DNA of 63,184 bases, the filler included, from Stramenopiles sp. TOSAG23-3 (taxonomy: Eukaryota), in NCBI GenBank assembly GCA_900128585.1. It is 12 parts of 12 records of this genome, joined end to end, with 100 filler letters (N's around TTAATTAATTAA, not from the genome) between each part and the next. Parts side by side here need not be neighbours in the genome. Positions count along the whole stretch, not along the records: positions 30,571 to 36,576 come from LT643397.1; positions 36,677 to 42,674 come from LT643398.1; positions 42,775 to 48,772 come from LT643399.1; 9 more parts are not named here. One strand, given 5' to 3'. Every line of letters begins with the position of its first letter. Within the stretch, counting starts at the first letter, position 1. The position numbers and the translations under genes were made by a program. The notes beneath the pieces were generated by a model. That model searched no databases. It worked only from the letters and a program-made list of their open reading frames with translations, and was not told the DNA's origin. This document shows, one piece after another, positions 32,701-43,334 of the stretch.

Positions 32701-34056
32701 TCAAGCAATGCACGTCCGTAGCCTATCAAGTTTCTCCCTATCGGCTTCACTTATGACTCTGGAACCAGCACTATTTTCGCCTCCGCCTTTTCCACAATAT
32801 CTTTCGGCAAACAATAGCGCCGCTTGCACGTTCTTCGTGTAATTAATCGCCCAGCTTCCGTATGAAGATGTTGAAACAATCCCACCCTGTTCTATAAAAT
32901 CTGCGTGTCTCAAAATGCGAATGAATACCGTTTTAGCAATCAGTTTTGGAAGCACTTTCTCGTTCCAGCAACACTTTTTGAACCAGACTCTATTTTCGAA
33001 TACAAACGGAACACTACCCATCGGGTTCCATTCGAACAGGTCTACCATAACGAAAGGAACAAGCATGCCCACGAGGCTGTCCTGCGCGTAAGTATCGACG
33101 AAGTCTTTTTCGTACTTTTTTTGCCATTCTGTAAACAAGCCTATTACATAGTCCATGGTCGGAAAATCGGTCGGTTCATCGTCCGCTAATATTAACTTGG
33201 AAGCGCCACTCAATGCCTTCTTCCGGTTCTCTATGGAGCTGGTGTCTTGCACTGTGTCCTGAGATGCTAAAGCTGCTTCGGCTTCTTCCTTCCACATACT
33301 TTCTCGGACCTGGTAAATATCTTCGATCATCTTCAATTTTCGACCCAGCCGCATCGTTATGTTCTGGAAATATTCCCTCATTTTGAAGTAAAAATTGGCC
33401 TTATTGTCCCACGTCAAAATTAACTCTTTCGCGGCCTTCAGCTTCTCCGGTGCTGCGGCTATCTCTGCATCCTGTGTTACAATCTCCAATTTCTTTACCC
33501 GTATCATGTGTTCGATTGCCGCCGTATCTCGCGCTATGCTTGTAAACAGCCAATCCTCCTCCGTCGTCAGCCCGTCGGATAAACCACTTTCATCCCTTTC
33601 TGGGTACAGTTCCTCGTCGTCACTGGCCATTTCCGGGTCCCAAGCGGTGCTGCCGAATTGTTCCCGCCCCTGGCTTTGGAGTACGCTGCTGCCTTGCACT
33701 CCTAGCTTCATTGCGAAATCTCCATCCGGCTTCGCTTCCTCTACATCGTTCGCCCGCGTAAAACTTACAGCAGACTTCAACGCCAGCGACTTCACCGCTT
33801 CGCTGGAAGTCTGAAGACGCTGCTTTGCGGTTGTCGTAGACAGCAACCCTTGCTTTCGCCGCTTTTTTCGCCGGCTCAATATATCGGATACAATGCCAGA
33901 GTCCATTTCGCGTTCTTCAACATTCACAACACCCTCTATTTTACCCGCCGAAGTAGAATCGTCAACTTGCCGCGCAGAGTGCCGGATTCTACCGGATACC
34001 CCGGCACTGCCACTAGCGACCCCCCCCCTTTTCTTTTTCCGTTTTCTGAATGACAT
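32701..34056 (-). CDS. GCFC-domain protein (PAXBP1/GCFC2/ILP1-like spliceosome-associated factor)
   Basis: FYFKMREY...L..K...IE, F..W..KY...F..TY...L..PFV..DL..WNP, and VLPKLI. Confidence 0.75.
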   Translation of the reverse strand: MSFRKRKKKRGGVASGSAGVSGRIRHSARQVDDSTSAGKIEGVVNVEEREMDSGIVSDILSRRKKRRKQGLLSTTTAKQRLQTSSEAVKSLALKSAVSFTRANDVEEAKPDGDFAMKLGVQGSSVLQSQGREQFGSTAWDPEMASDDEELYPERDESGLSDGLTTEEDWLFTSIARDTAAIEHMIRVKKLEIVTQDAEIAAAPEKLKAAKELILTWDNKANFYFKMREYFQNITMRLGRKLKMIEDIYQVRESMWKEEAEAALASQDTVQDTSSIENRKKALSGASKLILADDEPTDFPTMDYVIGLFTEWQKKYEKDFVDTYAQDSLVGMLVPFVMVDLFEWNPMGSVPFVFENRVWFKKCCWNEKVLPKLIAKTVFIRILRHADFIEQGGIVSTSSYGSWAINYTKNVQAALLFAERYCGKGGGENSAGSRVISEADREKLDRLRTCIA

Positions 34057-34077
34057 TCTCTAACCGCTAAGTACAGT

Positions 34078-34171
34078 TAGGAAGTAAGAGTATTCTTTTC
34101 AAAATAAAAAGATTTGCAACACACCTCAAAGGAAGACGAAGTGTCAATCATTTAAGATATCTGAGAGTATA
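34078..34171 (+). repeat. 94-bp direct repeat, copy 2
   Basis: Matches 32321-32414. It begins 22 bp upstream of the GCFC ATG. Confidence 0.92.
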
Positions 34172-34196
34172 CGCGTTGATTAATTAACATATATTA

Positions 34197-34243
34197 TTGG
34201 GGAGGATCTGCAATAGGAGGAGATATTGTTCTTGAACTGACAC
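34197..34243 (-). repeat. 47-bp dispersed repeat (module E)
   Basis: Exact reverse complement of 3840-3886. Confidence 0.9.
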
Positions 34244-34802
34244 CTTCTTTTTTTTTCTTTTTATTTATTATTTACTTTTTTTTTATATTGTGNNNNNNNN
34301 NNNNNNNNNNNNNNNNNNNNNNNNNNNNNNNNNNNNNNNNNNNNNNNNNNNNNNNNNNNNNNNNNNNNNNNNNNNNNNNNNNNNNNNNNNNNNNNNNNNN
34401 NNNNNNNNNNNNNNNNNNNNNNNNNNNNNNNNNNNNNNNNNNNNNNNNNNTAATACCAAGGTATTAATTATGGAACGCTTTTTGGATGATCTTCCTTCTT
34501 CTCTTTTTTCTTCTTCTTTCCTCTTTCCTCTTCTTTTTTTCTTCTTCTTCTTTTTTTTTTTTTATAAATATTATATATTTTGTTTTTTGTTCTCACATGT
34601 GAAATAATATGTATAAATTCACTCATCCGCAAGTTCGTTCTAGTTATTTTTCCATAAACAGCATTAAATTTATTTACTACAGAAAACGAATCATCACAGC
34701 GCATTTATTTTTAAATGCGTGGTATATATAAACGATTGCAACATCAAAAGAGTTGCATTGAGCGGGGAAATCGTTTTGGTTTCGTTTGGTTTGATTTTTT
34801 GA

Positions 34803-36173
34803 ATGATACCTCCTTTGCCCAACAAAAATCACCCTTCGGGTCGCAAAGGGCTTCGGTCTCGCAACCTAAACTTGATCGGGTTCTCGTCTATTTTTCTTTG
34901 TTTGCTTGCCACAAATAGTTACCGAAAAGGTGGTTGGAATACTATATCTGTGTTCCAAAATTTATGGCGCCGTTCAAGTACAAACCCTTACAATGACACG
35001 GAAATATTTCAAGAGTTTGAAACGTTGGAGGAATCTCCGACTCCAAACCGGACACAATCGTTTTCAAATGGTGATGCTACCAGTAAAGTGAAAAATGGGG
35101 GTGGTCCGTGCGTTGTTTTTTGTCACATAGGGACGTCTATAAAATATGGGAAGCATATGGTGTATGCAGTGCGCCAGGCGCGAGCGTTTAATCCAGATTC
35201 AAGGATATTTTTGATTTCTCAGCCCAAGATATTTTTTGAAAATGCCGACAGCAGAAAAATATTGGAAACGTTGCAAAAACTCAGGGTAACCATAGTACCA
35301 TTGAAGCGATTGGAAAAGGATGCAAGTCTGGCTGCGTTTAGAAAGTTCTTTATACTAAGCGGAAACATGGCAGTCGGTAAAAATAGTGGGAACAAACAGT
35401 TCAACAAAGTCACAATAGAAAGATTTTTCTACGTGCATGCACTTATGAAGCTATACAACTTGAAGGACGTTTTCCACCTCGAGAATGACAACCTTATTTA
35501 CATTGATATTGGCCTATATGCGAGGAATGCGCGTGAATGCAGCATGTCTCTCGGGGTCCAAGCAAGAGAACTGCTGGATCCGAAGCGACCTAAACGGCAG
35601 TTTTTGATTGCTGGAACGGTCTACATTAAGGATACGGACGCGTTGCGTATGTTGCTCAAGTACATTATTTCCACCCTGCAAAAGGGTGTCAAGTACCTCC
35701 ATTCTCGACTCGGCCATCACCAAATTAATGACATGTCTCTCATGGCGTTGTATTACCTGGAGAAGGGAAAACATGAAAATAGAATTTCGATCCTTCCAGA
35801 AAATCCCGACGTGAACGCCCCCAACCAATACAATTGGAATGGTAGAGATAAGGTGCAGAAATGTCTTCTGGAGCGTCGAAAGCTTGTGTTTGATAATGCC
35901 GCAATATCGATTTGGAATTCTGGCACTTTTCAAAGCAAAAAACCTTTCGTAGCGAAAACGATGAAATCGGCATGGTTCGCCTACACTCGAGTCGATGCTC
36001 GAAAGTACAAATTGATATGGACGCAAAAATGTTACACGAAACAGGCATGCAACTGCCCTGCCATCATTGGGATAAAAGGCACAGAGTTTGAAGGTAAATC
36101 GGCTTTAGTGGCTTCTCTTCACATGCACTCCAAAATATTAGAACCGTATTTGAGTAAATGTTCTCATCCTTGA
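34803..36173 (+). CDS. Type II membrane protein, putative GT-A-like glycosyltransferase
   Basis: N-terminal anchor and stem, then ERFF...VFHLENDNLIY (DxD-like), INDM and a terminal LHMHSK. Confidence 0.55.
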   Translation: MIPPLPNKNHPSGRKGLRSRNLNLIGFSSIFLCLLATNSYRKGGWNTISVFQNLWRRSSTNPYNDTEIFQEFETLEESPTPNRTQSFSNGDATSKVKNGGGPCVVFCHIGTSIKYGKHMVYAVRQARAFNPDSRIFLISQPKIFFENADSRKILETLQKLRVTIVPLKRLEKDASLAAFRKFFILSGNMAVGKNSGNKQFNKVTIERFFYVHALMKLYNLKDVFHLENDNLIYIDIGLYARNARECSMSLGVQARELLDPKRPKRQFLIAGTVYIKDTDALRMLLKYIISTLQKGVKYLHSRLGHHQINDMSLMALYYLEKGKHENRISILPENPDVNAPNQYNWNGRDKVQKCLLERRKLVFDNAAISIWNSGTFQSKKPFVAKTMKSAWFAYTRVDARKYKLIWTQKCYTKQACNCPAIIGIKGTEFEGKSALVASLHMHSKILEPYLSKCSHP

Positions 36174-36365
36174 TCATTGGTTCGTTTTTTGTTTTTATGT
36201 TATCGTTATAAGAAATTTATATGAAAAGGTAATATTCCGTCACAAAAAAATGATATTCCCCACAAAGGCAGAAAATCATTAAGTGAATTATTCTGGGACA
36301 ATCCAGTTCATTTTTTTGTGAATTTTATTTTTCTCTTTTGTTAGCTCCGGCCGATCGACCTTACC

Positions 36366-36508
36366 TTAGCGATCTTTAGCATCTCTTTCAGCTTCAACTT
36401 TTTCTTTCCCCGCCAATGCCGCTGGAGCCACTTCAGTTGTATTATCCTTTCCCTCCTGAATTTTTCCTACGCCTTCTTTGGCAGAATTCAGGCAGATTCG
36501 AATCCGTC
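36366..36508 (-). CDS. Possible terminal exon of a gene cut by the contig end
   Basis: A GC-richer island on the minus strand, preceded by CCAG and ending in TAA. Confidence 0.25.
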
Positions 36509-37151
36509 CTGGCAATTTTTTTGTTATTAATTTAATTTTATGATGATAGTACACGAAGGAACGTAAACAATTTAGANNNNNNNNNNNNNNNNNNNNNNNN
36601 NNNNNNNNNNNNNNNNNNNNTTAATTAATTAANNNNNNNNNNNNNNNNNNNNNNNNNNNNNNNNNNNNNNNNNNNNTCTTTCTTTCTTTCTTTCTTTCTT
36701 TCTTTCGACTCTTTCTTTCTTTCTTTCGACTCTTTCTTTCTTTCTTTCTTTCTTTTTGTTGTTGTTGTTGTTTTTGCTCATCTCTCACCTCTCCTCACTC
36801 TACTACTTTTTCTTCTTCACTCCTCTTCACTTCTTCAATTTTCTTTTCATCATAAATATTATAATAAATTTCAAAAGTAGTAGTAGAATTTTCAATTCAT
36901 TACACTTTCCCGTCTATATATAGTGACATCTGTCCTCTTTATAGCGCGTTCAGTACTAAACATTGTTTGTTTTCTTTTTTTTGTGCGAAACGGACCCGAA
37001 AAAAAGGCACTTCGAAGGGGAACTCCAGAGCGTCGGTTTGAACTTTATCTATTGTACTTTCAGCTGCATCTGAGCTCTGCCGTACAGTCCACGGGGGCGG
37101 GGGGATTTTTCCGTTGCAAAAGGTTACGTATACATATATAGCGAATACTAG

Positions 37152-38453
37152 ATGAGAAGCGTGCGAACAGGAATGTGGGACGGAAAGCGTGGGCATGAAA
37201 ATGTTACAGGCTCTTCAAAGGGTGGCAGGGACCTTCGGCGACGGCTGTCGCCGGGCACGTCTTCGTCCCACTCTTCAGAGAGGAATATATATGCACTGTC
37301 GTCCGTGCGGTCCGAAAAAGCTCAGGAGGAGGCGAGGAGGGATCCAGCAGCAGTATCGTCCCAGGACCTCTCCGACACGAAGACCCAAATTTATATCGGA
37401 AACTTTTGCATGGACGCTTGGTTCTCATCGCCGATCCCTGGGGAGCAATACAGGAACGCCAAGCGTTTGTTCTTCAACGAAGTCACCATGCGATACTATC
37501 GCACCAAGCGGGCGTACGCGGAGAGTTTGTCGCCTGCCGTTGGGGTAGACCGAAGGTGCCCCCCAGGGTCGAAAGTGTACGAGGACGAGGAAGACAAGCT
37601 GTGCCTCTTCAAAATCGATGGGGCGAAAGAAAAGCTGTTTTGCCAAGGCCTGTGCCTTCTGTCAAAAATGTTTTTGGATCACAAAACTATCTACTTCGAC
37701 GTTTCCCCGTTTTTTTTCTACGTCTTGTGCGAGCGTACGGACGTGCCTGGCGCGGGTGGGAGTAAGGTTGCAAGATATCACCCGGTGGGGTACTTCTCGA
37801 AAGAAAAGAATAGCGCGAACAATTACAACTTGGCTTGCATTTGCGTTTTGCCACCGTTTCAAAGGAAGGGCTACGGCAAGCTGCTGATCTCCTTCAGTTA
37901 TACGTTCAGCATATATTACGATAAGGAGCCCGGGTCCCCGGAAAAGCCCCTTTCGGATTTAGGACGAGTAAGCTACCGTAGTTTCTGGAAGTGGTGGCTG
38001 CTCCGTGCATTTGACAAAATTGCCGGGGAAAGGCGAGTGCCGATGGTCGAAGGGCGTTTGGTCCATGTAGAATTGCACGAGCTAGTCGCGCGCACGGGGA
38101 TGACCCTGGAGGATATTATGGACGCTAGTAAACTGCTAGGCATTCATTTTGAAGAGACAAAGGCGTCTGCGGGGGCAACAACTGACCCGATGGGCACTGG
38201 GCCCGACGTGGACCGCTCCCAAGAACAGGAAACGGGGGACGACGACCTTGGAGATCGCGCAGGATCGAACCCAGGAATGGAAAGGCATTTTTCAGACAAC
38301 GAGACGGCGTTGACGTTCTCTTTCACCGCAAAACAGTTGGCGAAACTGGTCAGAGTCTACATCGAGAAAAAGAACAACAAGTGCTGCAAGATGGAGTGCT
38401 TCTTGGACCGAACGTACGAATCCCGACCAGATGCGACCGGAAGCCCAGCGTAA
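37152..38453 (+). CDS. MYST-family histone acetyltransferase
   Basis: WFSSP, LCLLSKMFLDHKTIYFDV, VGYFSKEK, YNLACI, PPFQRKGYG and GSPEKPLSDLG. Confidence 0.93.
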   Translation: MRSVRTGMWDGKRGHENVTGSSKGGRDLRRRLSPGTSSSHSSERNIYALSSVRSEKAQEEARRDPAAVSSQDLSDTKTQIYIGNFCMDAWFSSPIPGEQYRNAKRLFFNEVTMRYYRTKRAYAESLSPAVGVDRRCPPGSKVYEDEEDKLCLFKIDGAKEKLFCQGLCLLSKMFLDHKTIYFDVSPFFFYVLCERTDVPGAGGSKVARYHPVGYFSKEKNSANNYNLACICVLPPFQRKGYGKLLISFSYTFSIYYDKEPGSPEKPLSDLGRVSYRSFWKWWLLRAFDKIAGERRVPMVEGRLVHVELHELVARTGMTLEDIMDASKLLGIHFEETKASAGATTDPMGTGPDVDRSQEQETGDDDLGDRAGSNPGMERHFSDNETALTFSFTAKQLAKLVRVYIEKKNNKCCKMECFLDRTYESRPDATGSPA

Positions 38454-38482
38454 TTTATTAAGATATTTAATTACTTAAATAA

Positions 38483-38578
38483 TAACAGCCAATTTTCTTG
38501 TTTTTTTAAGATATGATATCATATGATAACGCACTTAATTCAGTTTATCAAAATTAAAAGCAAGAAAATTGGCTGTTA
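38483..38578. mobile_element. MITE-like unit: 18-bp perfect terminal inverted repeats (module A core) enclosing palindrome C
   Basis: TAACAGCCAATTTTCTTG at 38483-38500 and CAAGAAAATTGGCTGTTA at 38561-38578. Mobility is inferred, not shown. Confidence 0.45.
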
Positions 38579-38664
38579 AAAGAACAAAAAGATGTGAGGG
38601 AATGTATTTCACAATTCTTTAATTAGCTAATGTTACTTAAAACGTTCTTATGTACACTTCGTCG

Positions 38665-39931
38665 TCACCCACGAACAGATGGCTGCCTCCTTTCGTTAGA
38701 ATCGTTGATTTCCGAAGCAGCGCGCTTCACGCCCACCACTTGCTTGTTATTTTCGGACAACACCCGTTTCACACCGCGAATCCCACGGGGGGTTACCGCG
38801 TAAGCCACAGTGTTGAGCTTCTGAGATGGAGACTTAACTAGTCGTGCTTGCCGTATCCCCCGACTCCAAAACAACTCGACCCGATTTGTCGCCGCATGCG
38901 ACCAACTTTCTCCTAAGGCAGGAACAAGAACAGCGGATTTTGACTTACCGCCGGCCACGTTCGGTTTGTTAAATACAAACTTGGTGGTCACCTGATTGAC
39001 AACGACGATGGCTAATTTAAAATCTGATGCCATCTTGTTTAAATCCTGCGACATCTTGCTCAGCATTCGACTTCGGTTGGCCATGTCGTCAAACCCGTGC
39101 CGAAAATGAAATGCCACGCTATCAACAACTATCAGCTTTACGTCTCTATGCAAGGAAAGGAACGAGGGGAGGTTCTGGACGGCGGCCAACTGCTCGGCAT
39201 AATCATGGACTCGGAAGACATGTATGTTTTTCAAATACGACTCCACAGAAAAAACGCGCGGATCTAGCGGCTTGGCTGGTGCTTTCGTTGCGGTAATTTG
39301 GGCGTCTAACCTCCTGAGGTGTTCGATTGCCGACGCTGCTAATTCCTCCAACCTCTCTACCATCAAGCTTCCTTCCGTATCTATGTACACACATGACCCC
39401 CCGACGCCTCCCAACCGTTGGGGAACCTGCACATCAACGGCTAGTTGCATGGCCATCTGGGTTTTTCCTACTCCCGGCACCCCACAAAACTCTGTCATCT
39501 GACCAACCGGTACGCCCCCACCGCCAAACAAGGTCTTGTCGATCTCTTCGCAAAACGTAAACACCGATTCTTTTCGAACATTTAACAGGTCCAAAGCGCT
39601 TTTGCCTAATTTATTTAACCCACCGTTCTTGGAACGGGTGGTGGCGGAGTTGTTTTCTTCCTTTTCGGTGTTCATAATCACGTCCAGCGCTTTCTGATGC
39701 GAAATTCCCAAGTCTTCGCTAACTTGAACAGGTGTGGAACTAAGAATGTCGTGGGTTGTTCGGTACCCCGCTGAATTTAGTTTTTCTGTTAAAGGACGAA
39801 CGGAAAGAGTTAGCAAACACACACTCGAGTTTTTAGGGAAGAGATGGGCGTAGAAATGAAAGGTGAAAGGCGCGCTACTTACGCAGGAGGGAGTGCTCGA
39901 AAGGCAGAGTCCCGACGGCGCGGGAAGACAT
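38665..39931 (-). CDS. RAD51C: RAD51 paralog C, two exons (39931-39883, 39785-38665)
   Basis: The spliced N-terminus MSSRAVGTLPFEHSLLQKLNSAGYRT matches RAD51C. Also Walker A GVPGVGKT, YIDTEGS, LIVVDSVAFHFRH and LVPALGESWSH. Confidence 0.92.
39786..39882 (-). other. Spliceosomal intron, 97 nt
   Basis: GTAAGT donor, GCTAAC branch point, pyrimidine tract and ACAG acceptor. Removal restores the frame and supplies an ATG. Confidence 0.88.
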
Positions 39932-40749
39932 CACCCAAAAAAAGAAGTCGTCTAAAAAAACCCCGCAGCGTGAACGACTTCAAGAGTAGAAATGTCGCAA
40001 AAAAAAGAAAACAGATTATAGCGAGCGTATGTCTTTATTTTCGTGCGTGTAGAAAACCATGAAATGCTTTCATAAATTATTTAATCATACAGATTATATA
40101 TTTAATATATACCAAAGTAAACTCGCACTTCATCATGGTTGTTCGGTCATGTGGTTGTTCTTCTCTTTTTCTTTCTCTTTTTTTTTCTTTCTTTTCATTA
40201 TATTATTATTTTTTCTCTTTATTATTATTATTATTTTTTAGTAGCTTCTTCTTTTCTTCTTCTTCTTTTTAATAAAATTAAATATTATAGGAGGAGAGAA
40301 TTAGAAGAAGAAAGATAGAAGATAGATAGTAGAGTTGTGATCGATTTTCATATCGTACTTGTAATATTTACCTATATAAATGCGTATAGTATATAGAGAG
40401 TGAAAATAAACTAAAAAACTATTTTTTTTGAAATAAAAAAACACTTCAATGCTATTCTATGTATTAGTTAACAATCACCATTATGGTGTGTTCCTTCCTA
40501 AAAAAGAAAGAAAGAACAATATAATAAAAAAATTCCATATTTTATTATTATTATATTACTTACACCGTAATATTATATATGTATAATAGATATAATAAAT
40601 AACGGCAATTTTTTTTATACAAAAGCAATGAAAAAAATGTGCAAACATGAAGAGGGTTTGGATTAGAAATCTCGGTCATATAATTCAATTCGTTTAATTT
40701 GATAGAGGTGCAAGGAATTGTTATAGTGTATTTTTGCAGAGAAGAAAAC

Positions 40750-41344
40750 ATGGAAGTGCAAGAATTTTCAGGAAGCGATTCGGAAGAGAAAGAAGTTTTA
40801 CGTGGGTGTGGGTATTTTGTGTTTGATGACGCTCCAAATGCCCACTACGACGGCGAATACTACATAGACAATTCGACCGGGGCAAAGATTAAAGATGGCA
40901 ATGGGATTTTCTACAACGAAAGCGAAACATACGAAGGCAGTTTTGTGAATGGAAAGCGGGAAGGTCTTGGTCATCAGCAGTTTTCTACCGGAAATTCCTA
41001 TGAAGGCAGTTTTGTGAATGGAAAATTTCATGGCCTTGGGACGTACAGATGGGAAAGGGAAGGAAGAAAGTACGAGGGCGAATGGGTAAGTAATAATTAA
41101 TTTCAAATCTTCTTTAAAACTTCCACTGACCATTTTTGTTGTACAGTTTGATGGGTTGATGCATGGCAAAGGTTCCTTCACCGACGAGCACGACGTAAAT
41201 TGGACTGGGAATTTCATAAGGGGGAAATACACCAGTCCTGCGCACCTTGATTTTGCAGAGATCAAGAGAAAGGAAATCTTAATGTCTCGCGGGCAGACAA
41301 AATCACGAAATACCACACTTGCCACTGAAATCAAATCTCTTTAA
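40750..41344 (+). CDS. MORN-repeat protein, two exons (40750-41085, 41147-41344)
   Basis: Repeated YEGSFVNGK..GLG motifs. Splicing gives YEGEW|FDGLMHGKG. Confidence 0.88.
41086..41146 (+). other. Spliceosomal intron, 61 nt
   Basis: GTAAGT...ACTGAC...TACAG. Removal joins two ORFs into an intact MORN repeat. Confidence 0.9.
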
Positions 41345-41350
41345 TCAACG

Positions 41351-42674
41351 TTGAAGTATACGAACATTCATCGAGAGGGAATCCAGAAGAAATCTGAAAA
41401 TCTTGTTTTTCACCGAGGCAGCGCGATCCCGACGTTGACAATTGGAGACTCTGACAAATTTATAGGCAAACAACGGGCAAAACTCGAGACGCGCGGCTAT
41501 CCTTTAGGCACAGAATACCAGCAAGTGACTGCGGGCGGACTGTCGGGTCTCAAACACGCGAAGGAGCAGGTCTACATTGTGACAGACGCGCCAATAAACC
41601 CGGGGAATTCCGGCGGACCTTCGTTGGAGAAAGTAGGCAACACTGTCATTGGGATGAATACGATGAAGGTTAAAGACGCCGATTTGATAAGCATGCTGAT
41701 CCCATCGAATCGAGTAAAACAGGTGCTGCCCTACCTGCTGGACAACTCTGAAAACGAAAAGCAGATTCAGATGTGGCAGCAGTTGGCACAGCAAGCGTAT
41801 GCTAGAAACAACAACGGCGGTCCCGCGTCCATGGAACAGATAAATGAACTGGTGGGGCACTTAAGTGGCGTTGAAATCGATGCGAAGACTGTCGCCAGCG
41901 CATGGACAAAACACTCACCGGCTGGGCATAAACGGGCGAAGAATAACATTGAACAAGTCTCTTTTAGCGACTGGTACAACAAACACATTAAGAACGTCCA
42001 CGGGTCCCATGAGATACTGGAGAAGGTTCTGACGCATCTCCAAAACGGCGAAATTGACGAAATTCACACATTGCGCGCACAGGGGTTTCAACAATCCTCA
42101 TGCCAGAATTGCTCTGCGGGGCACTGTCCAGCTCCAGGGATAAAACTGATGGAAGGTCAAATCCCGCCCAGAGTCGTCCACTACCCCCGTCTTGCCTTTC
42201 GCACGTGCAATTCCACGGGCGAAGCAACGCTAAAGGCGTACGGGTCGCCTGAAAACGTTGTATCTGGTGTCATTGCGAGCGACGTGGTGAAGGGGGGATT
42301 GATGGACCGATCTGGTTTGCAAAAGTACGACTTTATTTACAAGGTGGAGACGCCAGAAGGACTTTTCCAGGTGGATAACTACGGAGAGTCATGGAGGGAA
42401 GATCTACAGGTCAGTATGAAGATAGCCGACCTAATTCATCGTACTAATTTTGGAGAGCAGGTCATCCTTCACGTCTGTGGACACTGTGGAAAGAAAAAGA
42501 AGGTAGTCATGGACTACAACTTCTTAGAGCACGCGAACAAGCCCCATATCCGACCACTAGAGGATTTGCAAGACATGCCGCTGTCTCGACAAGTGGTAAA
42601 GATGGCTGGAATCACGATGACGCCGTTGCGAATGAACCACGTGATGATGTACCGTATGGGCGAATACATGGACC
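41351..42674 (+). CDS. HtrA/DegP-like serine protease fragment with PDZ-like domain, truncated at both ends
   Basis: [25 protein letters not shown], and PDZ-like [24 protein letters not shown]. There is no ATG before the catalytic Ser, and the His/Asp half is missing. Confidence 0.75.
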
Positions 42675-42774
42675 NNNNNNNNNNNNNNNNNNNNNNNNNN
42701 NNNNNNNNNNNNNNNNNNTTAATTAATTAANNNNNNNNNNNNNNNNNNNNNNNNNNNNNNNNNNNNNNNNNNNN

Positions 42775-42849
<75 letters not shown>

Positions 42850-42850
42850 G
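42775..42850. repeat. (AAAG)n microsatellite at contig end
   Basis: Direct reading. Similar tracts occur at 48736-48772 and 36677-36755. Confidence 0.95.
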
Positions 42851-43334
42851 AAGTATTTTGTATTAATCCATTAAATCTAGCTGTGTATTACATACTATAC
42901 TATGTTATATTATAGAAGTAGAAGAAGAAGAAAGAAGAAGAAGAGAAGGAAAAAAAAAAGTAAAAAAATAATAAAATAAAAAAAAGAAATAAAAGTACAG
43001 TGTATAATATTAGAAGGAATAATAAATAATAATAAATAAAAATAATAATTGCAACCTTTTTACCTTTCCTAACCCTTTCCCCTTTCTTTCAATTAGTAAA
43101 CATTACCTATCGTTTCATTACAATTTATGTTCTATTGATTACGGACATTAATATTACACAAATTGAAAGAGCCAGAAAAGAAAAAAGGAACTTTTTACCC
43201 CCAAGACGAGCGATAGTTCAACGACGACCACACCACACCTTGTACGGGAACGGGATAGTTGTTGCAAAAGGTATTGGGGAGAGCAGTCAGTAGAAGTATA
43301 GTGTAACCGAACGAGCCGGGTAGTTAAAATTATC

